A stretch of 64,000 nucleotides of DNA from an uncultured Holophagaceae bacterium (GCA_963751095.1 CAVVTK010000009.1:911-64910); one strand, 5' to 3'. Counted from the first letter of the stretch, positions 1 to 9,277 are shown. Notes: generated by a model from the letters alone, not told the origin. Numbers and translations are program-made.

Positions 1-48
1 GGCCCCCAGGGTCATGAGCCAGAACAGCGCGATTTCCAGGGCCTTCAT
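1..48 (-). CDS. 5' end of a membrane protein gene running off the window (MKALEIALFWLMTLGA...)
   Basis: ATG at 48 (minus) preceded by an AGGAGG RBS; hydrophobic N-terminus; only 16 codons visible. Confidence 0.5.
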   Translation of the reverse strand, partial: MKALEIALFWLMTLGA

Positions 49-205
49 GGGGTCCCTCCTAGCGTTGGACGTTCAAAGCGGGCCGCGGCGCGTGGCCGTG
101 GTCCTGCATTGTCTCACCCGGTTATCAGGTATGGTCGAAGGCCCAGTGTAGCGGTGGCCATGCGAAACTGAAGACCCGACCTGGAGTCAGTTCCCGGAGC
201 CCCCG

Positions 206-559
206 TTGACCACGCCCTCCCCCCTCCACTTTGAAGCCGCCGTCACCCGCCCCCTGTCGGTGGTGTTCCGATCCGGCGAAGCCTGGGAGGGCCACGACTA
301 CACCGTGGAAGTGGTGGCCGCGCGGCAGGGCCTGGACAGCTTCGACGTGGTGGTGGACTTCCGCGACTTGGAGGCGGCCCTGGACCGCAGCCTGGCTCCC
401 CTGCAGGGACGGCTGCTCTCAGACCTGGGCCTGGACGGGCCCCAGGCGCTGGCCCGGCGTCTGCTGGCGGAGCTCGCTCCCTTCGTCCCGGCCCCCGCCC
501 GCCTCAAGGAAGTCGCCCTGACAGACGGGACGGGGCGGCGTCTGGCGGTGAGGGCCTAG
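206..559 (+). CDS. 6-pyruvoyl-tetrahydropterin synthase/QueD-like protein (degenerate)
   Basis: FEAA...GHDYTVEV...VVDFRDL resembles the PTPS/QueD family; several catalytic residues are missing. Confidence 0.6.
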   Translation: MTTPSPLHFEAAVTRPLSVVFRSGEAWEGHDYTVEVVAARQGLDSFDVVVDFRDLEAALDRSLAPLQGRLLSDLGLDGPQALARRLLAELAPFVPAPARLKEVALTDGTGRRLAVRA

Positions 560-565
560 GCCCCC

Positions 566-997
566 ATGCGCCCCTGGATCCCCCTGGCCGCGGTGATCCT
601 CGCCATGGCGCCGCTGACCATCGTGCATCCGGTTCGCGTGGCGGGGCGGAGCATGGAGCCCGCGCTGCGGGGGGGGGATCTGCGCTGGACCCTGCGGGCC
701 TGGGCCAGCCATGCCCCGAGGCGCGGCGAAGTGTGGATCGTGGCGGGCCCCCAGGGTCCGTCCGTGAAGCGCGTCATCGGCCTGCCGGGCGATAGGGTCA
801 CCTGGCAAGGCCCCGATGTCTGGGTCAACGGCCAACGCCTTGACGAACCCTGGGTGACTCAGCCGGAACGCTCCGGCTCAGGAACCCTGACCTGCGGCGA
901 GGGCTACCTGGTCCTCGGGGACAACCGGCCCGAGAGCCAGGACGGACGCACCTGGGGTGCCATCGCCTCCAGCGCCTTACGGGGCCGGGTTCTCTAA
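566..997 (+). CDS. lepB: signal peptidase I (S26)
   Basis: GRSMEP (Ser), VKRVIGLPGD (Lys) and LGDNR..S.DGR motifs. Confidence 0.85.
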   Translation: MRPWIPLAAVILAMAPLTIVHPVRVAGRSMEPALRGGDLRWTLRAWASHAPRRGEVWIVAGPQGPSVKRVIGLPGDRVTWQGPDVWVNGQRLDEPWVTQPERSGSGTLTCGEGYLVLGDNRPESQDGRTWGAIASSALRGRVL

Positions 998-1037
998 GGG
1001 GCCTAGGGATGGGCTACGCTGGAGGGCTGGAGTTTCG

Positions 1038-2339
1038 ATGGACCGACTGGTGATCCAAGGTGGACATCCCCTGCGGGGGCGCATCCGGGTGTCGGGTGCC
1101 AAGAACGCGGCCCTGCCCTGCCTGGCGGCGGCGTTGCTGACCTCAGAACCGCTGGTCCTGTCCAACCTGCCCGCCGTGGCCGACATCCGCACCATGGTGA
1201 AGGTGCTGCAGGCCTTGGGCACGGAGGCTTCACTGGAAGCCCACCCCGATGGCTTCGAGCTCACCGCGAAGCTGGCCTGCGCCGGCTCGGAGGATCCCAA
1301 GGCCCCCTACGATCTGGTGAAGACCATGCGGGCCTCCATCCTGGTGCTGGGGCCCCTCCTCGCCCGCTTCGGCAGGGCCACGGTAAGCCTGCCCGGCGGC
1401 TGCGCCATCGGCGCGCGCCCCGTGAACCTGCACCTGGAAGCCCTGGAGCGCATGGGCGCCCGCATCGAGATCAGCCACGGCTACATCCACGCCTCCGTCA
1501 AGGGCCGCCTGAAGGCCATCGATCACACCTTCGAAAAGGTGAGCGTCGGCGCAACGGAAAACATCCTCATGGCCGCCGCCCTGGCTGAAGGCAACACCAT
1601 CCTGCGCAACGCCGCCCTGGAGCCCGAGATCGGCGACCTGGCCCAGCTCCTGGTGGAGATGGGCGCGCAGATCGAGGGCATCGGCACGGGCACCCTCACC
1701 ATCACGGGCGTCGCGGAACTGCACGGCTGCGAGCACGCCGTCATCGCCGACCGCATCGAGGCCGGCACCTACCTCTGCGCGGTGGCCGCCGCCTGCGGCG
1801 ATGTGGTGCTGGACCGCTGCGAGCCCGAGCACCTGCGCTCGCTGCTGGATCTGCTCGAGCGCTCCGGCTGCGTCATCACGGAGCGGGAGGGCCAGGATGG
1901 CCGCCAGCTGCGCATCCAGCGGGAGTGCGGCCAAAAGCTGCGCTCCAAGGATGTCACCACCCTGCCCTTCCCCGGTTTCCCCACGGACCTGCAGGCCCAG
2001 GTCATGGCCGTGATGACCCAGGCCTGTGGCATCAGCGTCATCAACGAAGGCATCTTCGAGAACCGCTTCCAACACGCCATGGAGCTGGAGCGCCTCGGCG
2101 CCAACCTGCGCACGGACGGCCACACGGCCATCGTGGCGGGCCCCGCTGAGTTGACCGGCTGCACCGTGATGGCCACAGACCTGCGCGCCAGCGCCGCCCT
2201 GGTCATCGCCGGCCTGGTGGCCGCGGGCGAAACCATCGTGGACCGCATCTACCACCTGGACCGCGGCTATTCCGGCCTGGAAAAGAAGCTCCAGGGCGTC
2301 GGCGCCCGCATTGAGAGGGTCGGTGGCGGTCGGGTCTAG
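1038..2339 (+). CDS. murA: UDP-N-acetylglucosamine 1-carboxyvinyltransferase
   Basis: SGAKNAALP, LPGGCAIGARP, PGFPTDLQ, TDLRAS and HLDRGY motifs; ATG at 1038 after GGAG. Confidence 0.97.
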   Translation: MDRLVIQGGHPLRGRIRVSGAKNAALPCLAAALLTSEPLVLSNLPAVADIRTMVKVLQALGTEASLEAHPDGFELTAKLACAGSEDPKAPYDLVKTMRASILVLGPLLARFGRATVSLPGGCAIGARPVNLHLEALERMGARIEISHGYIHASVKGRLKAIDHTFEKVSVGATENILMAAALAEGNTILRNAALEPEIGDLAQLLVEMGAQIEGIGTGTLTITGVAELHGCEHAVIADRIEAGTYLCAVAAACGDVVLDRCEPEHLRSLLDLLERSGCVITEREGQDGRQLRIQRECGQKLRSKDVTTLPFPGFPTDLQAQVMAVMTQACGISVINEGIFENRFQHAMELERLGANLRTDGHTAIVAGPAELTGCTVMATDLRASAALVIAGLVAAGETIVDRIYHLDRGYSGLEKKLQGVGARIERVGGGRV

Positions 2340-2822
2340 GTGGCAGGATCGTCCGCCTGAGTCGCCTGACATCTAGTCAGGCGGCTCTGCCCTGCGGGCA
2401 CCCGCGAACGATTCACCTGGACCGCGGCTATTCCGGCCTGGAAAAGAAGCTCCAGGGCGTCGGCGCCCGCATTGAGAGGGTCGGTGGCGGTCGGGTCTAG
2501 GTGGCAGGATCGTCCGCCTGAGTCGCCTGACATCTAGTCAGGCGGCTCTGCCCTGCGGGCACCCGCGAACGATTCACCTGGACCGCGGCTATTCCGGCCT
2601 GGAAAAGAAGCTCCAGGGCGTCGGCGCCCGCATTGAGAGGGTCGGTGGCGGTCGGGTCTAGGTGGCAGGATCGTCCGCCTGAGTCGCCTGACATCTAGTC
2701 AGGCGGCTCTGCCCTGCGGGCACCCGCGAACGATTCACCTGGACCGCGGCTATTCCGGCCTGGAAAAGAAGCTCCAGGGCGTCGGCGCCCGCATCGAGCG
2801 GGTAGGCGGCGGCAAGGTCTGA
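2253..2822. repeat. 161-bp tandem array (3 full units + terminal partial unit) containing the murA 3' end
   Basis: Units start at 2253, 2414, 2575 and 2736. Each is 87 bp of murA 3' end plus a 74-bp palindromic spacer; the last copy is a synonymous variant ending in TGA. Confidence 0.97.
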
Positions 2823-2830
2823 ATTGCGGA

Positions 2831-2929
2831 GACAGGATTAACAGGATCAGAAGCTGGATTTGCAGGATGCAAGCGGAGATTTGTTTCTCAAATCCTGTTA
2901 ATCAATCATTTCATCCTGTTAATCCTGTC
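2831..2929. repeat. AT-richer element bounded by a perfect 17-bp inverted repeat built from 9-bp units
   Basis: GACAGGATTAACAGGAT (2831-2847) / ATCCTGTTAATCCTGTC (2913-2929); extra partial copy at 2892-2903. Confidence 0.85.
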
Positions 2930-3005
2930 CATTGTTTTTCCGCTTTTCCCTGTGACGACCGCCACCCACCCGGTCGGTTACACTGAATTTACGATCGGGG
3001 GATCC

Positions 3006-3953
3006 ATGTTCGGCGAGATGAAGGTCTTTTCCGGGAGCAGCCACCCGGAGCTGGCGAGAGGCATCGCGACCCACATGGGCATGCCCCTGGGCCGGCTCAA
3101 GGTGACCCGCTTCTCGAACGAGAACATCAAGGTGAAGATCGAGGAGAACGTCCGCGAGGCGGACGTCTTCGTGATCCAGTCCTCCTGCCCCCCCGTCAGC
3201 GACAACCTGATGGAGATGCTGATCCTCATCGACGCGCTGAAGTTCGCCTCGGCCGCCCGCATCACCGCCGTCCTGCCCTACTTTCCCTACGCCCGCAGCG
3301 ACAAGAAGGACGAGGCGCGCATTTCCATCACCGCCCGCCTGGTGGCGGACCTGCTGGAGACCGCCGGCGCCGATCGCGTGCTGACCATGACCCTGCACGC
3401 GCCGCAGATCCTGGGCTTCTTCCGCAAGCCCGCGGACCAGCTGCTGGCCACGCCCATCCTCACCAACTACTTCCTGACCAAGGATCTCACCAACACCACG
3501 GTGGTGGCCACGGATGCCGGCGCCGCCAAGTTCGCCGGCCACTTCGCCAAGCGGCTGTCCGTGCCCATGGCCATCATCGACAAGCGCCGCTTCGACGACT
3601 CCGAGAAGGCCCAGAGCGTGGCGCTGATCGGCGACGTAAAGGGCCGCGACGCCATCATCTACGATGACGAGATCGCCACCGGCGGCTCCATCAAAGAGGC
3701 CGCCCGCATCCTCCGCGAGCTGGGCGCCAAGTCCGTGCGCGTGGGCGTCACGCATCCCGTGTTCTCGGGCAACGCCCTGGAGACCCTCAACTCCGCGAAC
3801 CTGGACGAGCTGGTGGTCACGGACAGCATCCCGGTATCCCCGGAGCGCGCCAAGGCCATGCCCTACCTCAAGGTGCTCTCCACCGCGGCGCTCTTCGGCG
3901 ATGCGATCCTGCGCATCCACGGGGGACGCAGCATCAGCGAGATGATGGACTGA
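3006..3953 (+). CDS. prs: ribose-phosphate pyrophosphokinase
   Basis: PYFPYARSDKK, LHAPQI.GFF, IIDKRR and DDEIATGGS motifs. Confidence 0.95.
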   Translation: MFGEMKVFSGSSHPELARGIATHMGMPLGRLKVTRFSNENIKVKIEENVREADVFVIQSSCPPVSDNLMEMLILIDALKFASAARITAVLPYFPYARSDKKDEARISITARLVADLLETAGADRVLTMTLHAPQILGFFRKPADQLLATPILTNYFLTKDLTNTTVVATDAGAAKFAGHFAKRLSVPMAIIDKRRFDDSEKAQSVALIGDVKGRDAIIYDDEIATGGSIKEAARILRELGAKSVRVGVTHPVFSGNALETLNSANLDELVVTDSIPVSPERAKAMPYLKVLSTAALFGDAILRIHGGRSISEMMD

Positions 3954-5116
3954 TGACCGACCCCCTCGGCCCCATCGAGGCTGTCCCCAGCCTCGAGCTG
4001 CTGGGGCCTCGGGGGCCTGAGATCATCCGGCTCTTCACCCGGCCCTTCCTGCTGATGCACCGGGCCTCGGAGCTGTACACCGCCCGGATCTGCCTGCTGC
4101 TGCTCCTGGACCTGGGCTGGGAGGACCGGCTCCGCGCCGGAACCACGCTCGACCAGCTCTGCCTCGGACTGCCTGACCAGGTCCGGAAACCCCTGGCCTG
4201 GATGTTGCCCTTCCTTGCTTACGAAGGTCTGCTCAGACAGACCGGCGAGGGCTACACCCTGGGCGGGGAGCCGGACCTGGACCTGGCCGTGATCCGTGAC
4301 CTCATGGCGGCCGAGGCTCCCGGCCACGCCGTCAATTTCGACCTGCTGGACGGTGTGCGGGCGCGAATCCGCCCCTACTTCACCGAGGGGAAGGCCGGGG
4401 AGGGACTGCTCTTCGACCTGACGCTCTTCCCCCTCTGGCTCACCTATTTCCGCAACGAGAACCTCTGCTACTACCCCAACAACCTGCTCGCCCTGCTGGC
4501 CCTGCGTGAAGGATTGCCGGACGGGGCCCGGGTGCTGGAATTGGGGGCAGGCGCCGGCTCCTTCGCCCAGTTGGTGGCCCGGCAGGGCGCCGAGCAGGGC
4601 TGGCTCGCCCACATCGCCGAATACCGCTTCACAGACGTGGCCCCGACCTTCCTGCGCCGCGCCCAGCGCGAGTTGAAGGCGGCCGCCCCGGGCCTGCCTC
4701 TGAGCTTCCAGCCCCTGGACCTGAACCGCCCCCTGGGTGGCCAGGGCATCGAGCCCGCCAGCCTGGACGCCATCGTGGGCATCAACGTGCTGCACGTGGC
4801 CCAGGACCTCGAAGCCACCCTGGGCGACCTGCGGAGTCGGCTGAAGCCCTCGGGTCGCCTGGTGATTGGCGAGTGCCTTAAGCCCGCCCTGGACCAGCCC
4901 CTCTACCTGGAGTTCTTCTTCAACTTCATCAAGAGCTTCACCGAGGTCACCCTGGATCCCCGCTGGCGTCCCCGCCACGGTTTCCTCACGCCCGAGGCCT
5001 GGGACGAGGCCCTGCGCCACGCGGGATTCGCCCAGATCACGCACACCCCGCCGCCCCGGCCCCTCATGGACCGGCACCCGAACTTCACGGTGGGGGCCAT
5101 CACGGCCAGCGTCTGA
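3953..5116 (+). CDS. class I SAM-dependent methyltransferase
   Basis: VLELGAGAGS motif I, YRFTDV and NVLH; TGATG overlap with prs. Confidence 0.85.
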   Translation: MTDPLGPIEAVPSLELLGPRGPEIIRLFTRPFLLMHRASELYTARICLLLLLDLGWEDRLRAGTTLDQLCLGLPDQVRKPLAWMLPFLAYEGLLRQTGEGYTLGGEPDLDLAVIRDLMAAEAPGHAVNFDLLDGVRARIRPYFTEGKAGEGLLFDLTLFPLWLTYFRNENLCYYPNNLLALLALREGLPDGARVLELGAGAGSFAQLVARQGAEQGWLAHIAEYRFTDVAPTFLRRAQRELKAAAPGLPLSFQPLDLNRPLGGQGIEPASLDAIVGINVLHVAQDLEATLGDLRSRLKPSGRLVIGECLKPALDQPLYLEFFFNFIKSFTEVTLDPRWRPRHGFLTPEAWDEALRHAGFAQITHTPPPRPLMDRHPNFTVGAITASV

Positions 5117-5123
5117 CTCAACG

Positions 5124-5151
5124 AAGAAGCGGCGCCGGAGCGCCGCTTCTT
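5124..5151. terminator. bidirectional intrinsic terminator
   Basis: AAGAAGCGGCGC-CGGA-GCGCCGCTTCTT between convergent genes. Confidence 0.75.
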
Positions 5152-5173
5152 GTCTGGCCAGGACCGCAGGTCC

Positions 5174-6835
5174 TCAGAAGCCCGTGAAGATCACCACGGA
5201 GTAGGCGGCATAGGTGCCATCGGTCTTGGGCACCACGGCCACCCGGGTCACGGCGGGAGCCACGAGCTTGGTGGCCCAGGCGCTGTCGGGAACAGCCGTC
5301 ACGGTGATGACGCCGGACTGGTTCGCCACTTCGAGCACGGCAGGCTGCATGCCCACAGTGGTGTTCAGGCTCACCTGGATGGTCTGCGTGGCCGAGGCCG
5401 AATTGGTGAAGGTGAAGCTGAGCTGGCCGCCGTTGTACGAAGTGCTGATGGTGCCCTTGGGCAGCGCCACCGGCAGGAAGATCGCGCTGCTGGCATCCCA
5501 GGCGCTGGTGCCACTGTTCCAGACCAGGTCGCTCACACCCTGGACGCGGACATCACCCGAGCCCGCGCAAGCCGCCGCGAAGGCGCCGCTGCTCGTGGAG
5601 GTCACGCCGGGGAAGCCCAGATACCACCACGTGAAGGGATTGGCGTAGGCATGGATCCGGTCGCCGGCCACGGGGTGCGTGTAGGTGAACTGGGTGGCAT
5701 CCGCGGCCTTGATGGCGCCGCCATCCACGGCCCGCTGGATGTTCACGGACTTGGCGTGCATGGGCACCTGCAGCGGATCCTTGACCTCCACCTGGACCTT
5801 GAAGCCCATCCAGATGTCGGCGAGGATCGCCTGGCCCGTACCAATGGCCTGGTCCGTGTGGAAGGTGAAGGTGGTGTCGGCATCGATGGCGATGGCGCGG
5901 GGCGTGCTGGCATTGGTGCTGACCAGCAGTTTGTTGTTCACGCGGTCCACGCCGACGACATGGCCCTCGGGGGTCCAGCCGGGAAGGGCATTGGCCCCGT
6001 ACCAGACGCGCACGGCCCAGAGGGTGCCGTCCGTCTGCATGCGCAGGGAGACCAGGGCGTTCTTGCCCGCGGTCAGGCCGGCGAAGCTGCCCACGGTCTT
6101 GGTGTCGGCATCGAAGAACCAGGCGCCGGCATCCACGTGCACGGTGAGATCGTTACCGCTGTCCGTGTGCAGCACGAAGCTGGAGGCGCCCACGGAGGCG
6201 ATGGTGCCGCGGCGGTGCCGGAACATCAGCTGCCGCATGCCCATCATGCCGTTCGTGTTGGGCCGGTGCCGGACCTGCAGGTTCATCACCCAGTCGCCGT
6301 TGGGCAGCTGGACCAGGAAGAGGGGGTGGCCCAGGTCGAAGTCGACCTGCACGGCGTTGCTGCCGGTGGCGGTCACCACCAGGTCGGTCTCGAGACGCAC
6401 GAGCACGCTGGCGCCATTCACGTGCACCTGGTTGGCGGGCACGGTGGTACCGTCGGCCTTCACCAGGTTCACGCTGGCGGGATCAATGGTGACGCGCAGC
6501 GCATCATAGGTGCCCACGGGGAGCTGAACCGTGGCGAGCAGCTCGCCCACGCTATCGAGGTCCACCAGGTTGATCTTGGCCGTGGCCCCTTCGAAGGCCA
6601 CCACCTCCTTAGTGTGGTCGGCCTTGTTCCGCAGGGTGATCTTGGTGACCACCACCTCGACGGCGGACCACTGGTCCGAGGGCGCGTCGGTGAGGATAAT
6701 CGAGGCCGAGCCGGTGGCTACGGGGGCGGTCGAGGAAGCGGAACCGCCGCTGGTCCCTCCGCAGGCCAGGGTCAGGGCCAGGGTCGTCAGGGCGGGCACT
6801 GCCAGCAGGGAGAGGGTCTTGAGCGAAGGACGCAT
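5174..6835 (-). CDS. DUF4382-like lipoprotein with repeated beta domains
   Basis: Lipobox-like LALTLACGG; ILTDAP...G.Y..LR...VDFDL typical of DUF4382. Confidence 0.7.
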   Translation of the reverse strand: MRPSLKTLSLLAVPALTTLALTLACGGTSGGSASSTAPVATGSASIILTDAPSDQWSAVEVVVTKITLRNKADHTKEVVAFEGATAKINLVDLDSVGELLATVQLPVGTYDALRVTIDPASVNLVKADGTTVPANQVHVNGASVLVRLETDLVVTATGSNAVQVDFDLGHPLFLVQLPNGDWVMNLQVRHRPNTNGMMGMRQLMFRHRRGTIASVGASSFVLHTDSGNDLTVHVDAGAWFFDADTKTVGSFAGLTAGKNALVSLRMQTDGTLWAVRVWYGANALPGWTPEGHVVGVDRVNNKLLVSTNASTPRAIAIDADTTFTFHTDQAIGTGQAILADIWMGFKVQVEVKDPLQVPMHAKSVNIQRAVDGGAIKAADATQFTYTHPVAGDRIHAYANPFTWWYLGFPGVTSTSSGAFAAACAGSGDVRVQGVSDLVWNSGTSAWDASSAIFLPVALPKGTISTSYNGGQLSFTFTNSASATQTIQVSLNTTVGMQPAVLEVANQSGVITVTAVPDSAWATKLVAPAVTRVAVVPKTDGTYAAYSVVIFTGF

Positions 6836-7003
6836 GGGGATCTCCAGAAATCGGAGCCGGGGCTCCTGAGGTGAGAGGGGTAAGCTGACACTCCCTTGGA
6901 CCCCCCTGGGCCGGAATGGTTGACGTACCAATCTGCTCTCCCGGCGCCCCCGGGCCGGCGAAGCCTCCAGACGCGCCCCCGGCCCCTGGAAGCCCGGGTA
7001 ACC

Positions 7004-8563
7004 CTAGGTGGATGTCGGCGGCGTGCGCCGGCCGGGAAAGAGGACCGAGGCGCAATCCGGGCAGACGCCATGGGTGAACTGGGCCTGGGAATGCCGCGAG
7101 ATGTAGGCCTCGATCTGGTTCCAGTAGCCGCCGTCATCCCGGATCTTCTTGCACCTGCTACAGATGGGCAACAGCCCCGTGAGCGTCTTCACCTCACCCA
7201 GGGCCAGGGCCAAGGCCCGCTGGGCGGCTTTCTCCTCGGTCAGGTCTTCCACCAGGGACAGGATCAGCTCCGTGCCATCGGGGTCCCGGATCAGGCTGCC
7301 GTTCAGGCGGACGGGAACCCGGGTGCCGTCGCTCCGGCGGTACTCTTTCTCGTAGGGCCCATAGCGGCCCGTGGTCTTGAGGGACTGGAGTTGCTCGGCC
7401 TCGCGGTCCTCGAAGTCCTTGGGCGTGAGGTCCCAGTAGCTGAGGTCATTGAGTTCATCGATCGGGTGGCCGACGATGGCCGCGAAGGCGGCGTTCACCT
7501 CGAGGAACCAGCCGTCGGCCATGCGGTTCAGCGCGTGCCCCACCGGAGCGTCGTGAAATAGCGTGCGGAAGCGCTGCTCACTGTCCCGGAGTGCCTGAAG
7601 CTGGGCCTTCCGCTCCGTGATGTCCCGGAGAAATGCATAGAACCGCCCCCCCTGCTCCGGTGTGTAGGTGATGATGACTTCCACTGGCCAGGTGCGGCCT
7701 GCCCGAGTCCGGTGGGTGGACTCGAACCGGTCATGGCCCGCCACCACGATCCGTGCCATGCGGGCCGCAGTCTCCGCCGGCGCCTCCGTGGCCTCCAGGT
7801 CCAGCACGCTCATCGTGGCGAGGTCCGCGCGGGAGTAGCCCGAGGCCCGGGCATAGCTTTCGTTGGCTTCCAGGATCCGGCCCTGGCTGTCCAGGATCCA
7901 GAACCCATCCTGGGACGAGTCCACCGCCAGCCGGTACCGCGCCTCCTGCAGCGCCAGCGCCCCTAGGGCCGCAGAGAGATCCCGCGTGCGTTCAGCGACC
8001 TGGCGTTCCAGCGAATGATTGAGGTCGTGAAGTTCCCGGTTCCGCACCGCGACCACATCCAGGAACCAGTTGAGGGAGGACAGCATTGCCCCCAGGGCCG
8101 GGTCTGGCGTGGCGTCATGGGCCTCGTAGGCCGCTGCTGGGGTGAGCCCCGCCTGGATTGCCGCCACCTGGCGGGCCATGGCCTGGTCCATGCCCAGGAT
8201 GTGGCAGACCCACCAGTGCGCCAATTCCCTCAACAGCTCGCGGGCCACGCCTGGCGAGGCACCCTGGACAAGCTCCTGCAGACGCAACACGTCTTGCAGG
8301 AAGCCCAGGTGCTTGGCCTGGTGGGCCTCCACATGGCGCGGGTCCAGGCTGAACTCCGCCATGAGGCGCTGCTCTTCACTGAAGTGATAGTCCGCGTAAT
8401 CGAGAAGTGCCCCGAAGACCTCGCTGAAGGCAGCGGGATCCGCCGGTTCGACCGACTCGAATATGGCGCTGAGCTCGTTGATCAGTTCCACCAGGTGCTG
8501 GTGATGGTCATCCACCGTACCGATGCCGGTGGCGAAGGCAGGGTTCCAGCGGAAGGCAGGCAT
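7004..8563 (-). CDS. bacteriohemerythrin-PAS-PAS sensor with C-terminal Cys motif domain
   Basis: VDDHHQ, HFSEEQ, H..KH and HILGMD hemerythrin ligands; two PAS/PAC domains; C-terminal LPICSRCKKIRDD..GYW...HGVCPDC. Confidence 0.85.
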   Translation of the reverse strand: MPAFRWNPAFATGIGTVDDHHQHLVELINELSAIFESVEPADPAAFSEVFGALLDYADYHFSEEQRLMAEFSLDPRHVEAHQAKHLGFLQDVLRLQELVQGASPGVARELLRELAHWWVCHILGMDQAMARQVAAIQAGLTPAAAYEAHDATPDPALGAMLSSLNWFLDVVAVRNRELHDLNHSLERQVAERTRDLSAALGALALQEARYRLAVDSSQDGFWILDSQGRILEANESYARASGYSRADLATMSVLDLEATEAPAETAARMARIVVAGHDRFESTHRTRAGRTWPVEVIITYTPEQGGRFYAFLRDITERKAQLQALRDSEQRFRTLFHDAPVGHALNRMADGWFLEVNAAFAAIVGHPIDELNDLSYWDLTPKDFEDREAEQLQSLKTTGRYGPYEKEYRRSDGTRVPVRLNGSLIRDPDGTELILSLVEDLTEEKAAQRALALALGEVKTLTGLLPICSRCKKIRDDGGYWNQIEAYISRHSQAQFTHGVCPDCASVLFPGRRTPPTST

Positions 8564-8707
8564 GGTGGACCTTTTTGGGATGGAGGCGGAAACCGCGGGC
8601 GAAGCGCTGCCCCCTCCATCGGCAACCAGCTCCCAGCTGCTTATTCTCCGGCGGACCTGGCAGGGACAGCGCGACCCCCGTTGGGGTTGGTTAGACTGGG
8701 TTCACCC

Positions 8708-9277
8708 ATGGCCACCACCCTGCGGGACCTGATCATCCAGCGCGCCGCCCGGCTCCAGGACCGCCCCGCCCTGACCAACCCAGAATGGGGCACCTTGAGT
8801 TACGCCCAACTCCGCAACCGCGTCGAGGGGGTGGCCTTGGGACTTCTGGCCACGGATCCCCCGTCCGCCGTGTTCTGCGCCACCGGCACTCCCTGGGACT
8901 GGGCCGCCGAGCTGGCCGCGGCCGCCTCGGGCCTTGCCTGGTCCCCCGCCGGGCAGGCCGTGCCCCCCGAGGTGCTGGACGGGCCCCGTTTCAATGACGA
9001 GGCGGGCCGGGGTCCCTATCACGCCCGGGAACAGCTGGTGGGAGCCGACACGCCCTTCACCGCCGGCCTGGACCATGCCGGGCTCATGGCCCGGCTGCGC
9101 CGCCTCAATGTCCAGCTGGGCTGGGATCACGACACGCGGGTGGAGCTGCCCCTGAAGCAACTCGGGGAAGCGCCCCTGAGAGCCGCCCTGTGGAGCGCCC
9201 TGTACGCGGGAGCTCATGCGGTTCTTGGGGCTGCCCAGTGGGACCCGCATCCCTTCGAAGGCTTTTGGCGGGGTTAG
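8708..9277 (+). CDS. short protein resembling the N-terminus of AMP-binding (acyl-CoA ligase) enzymes
   Basis: TLSYAQLRNRVEGVALGL...W pattern; no adenylation P-loop; 189 aa. Confidence 0.55.
   Translation: MATTLRDLIIQRAARLQDRPALTNPEWGTLSYAQLRNRVEGVALGLLATDPPSAVFCATGTPWDWAAELAAAASGLAWSPAGQAVPPEVLDGPRFNDEAGRGPYHAREQLVGADTPFTAGLDHAGLMARLRRLNVQLGWDHDTRVELPLKQLGEAPLRAALWSALYAGAHAVLGAAQWDPHPFEGFWRG

Noticed and set aside
957-1037. Extended N-termini given by the ORF track (murA, prs, atpD, atpA, M4 protease, WYL, kinase)
   Set aside because: Downstream ATGs with RBS or gene overlaps match the family N-termini better
2336-2694. Repeated 65-aa minus-strand ORFs
   Set aside because: By-products of the tandem repeat, antisense to the murA end, with no RBS or recognisable motif
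2253-2822. CRISPR array interpretation of the murA and tRNA tandem repeats
   Set aside because: Units are 161-170 bp and essentially identical, with no unique spacers; no cas genes in the window
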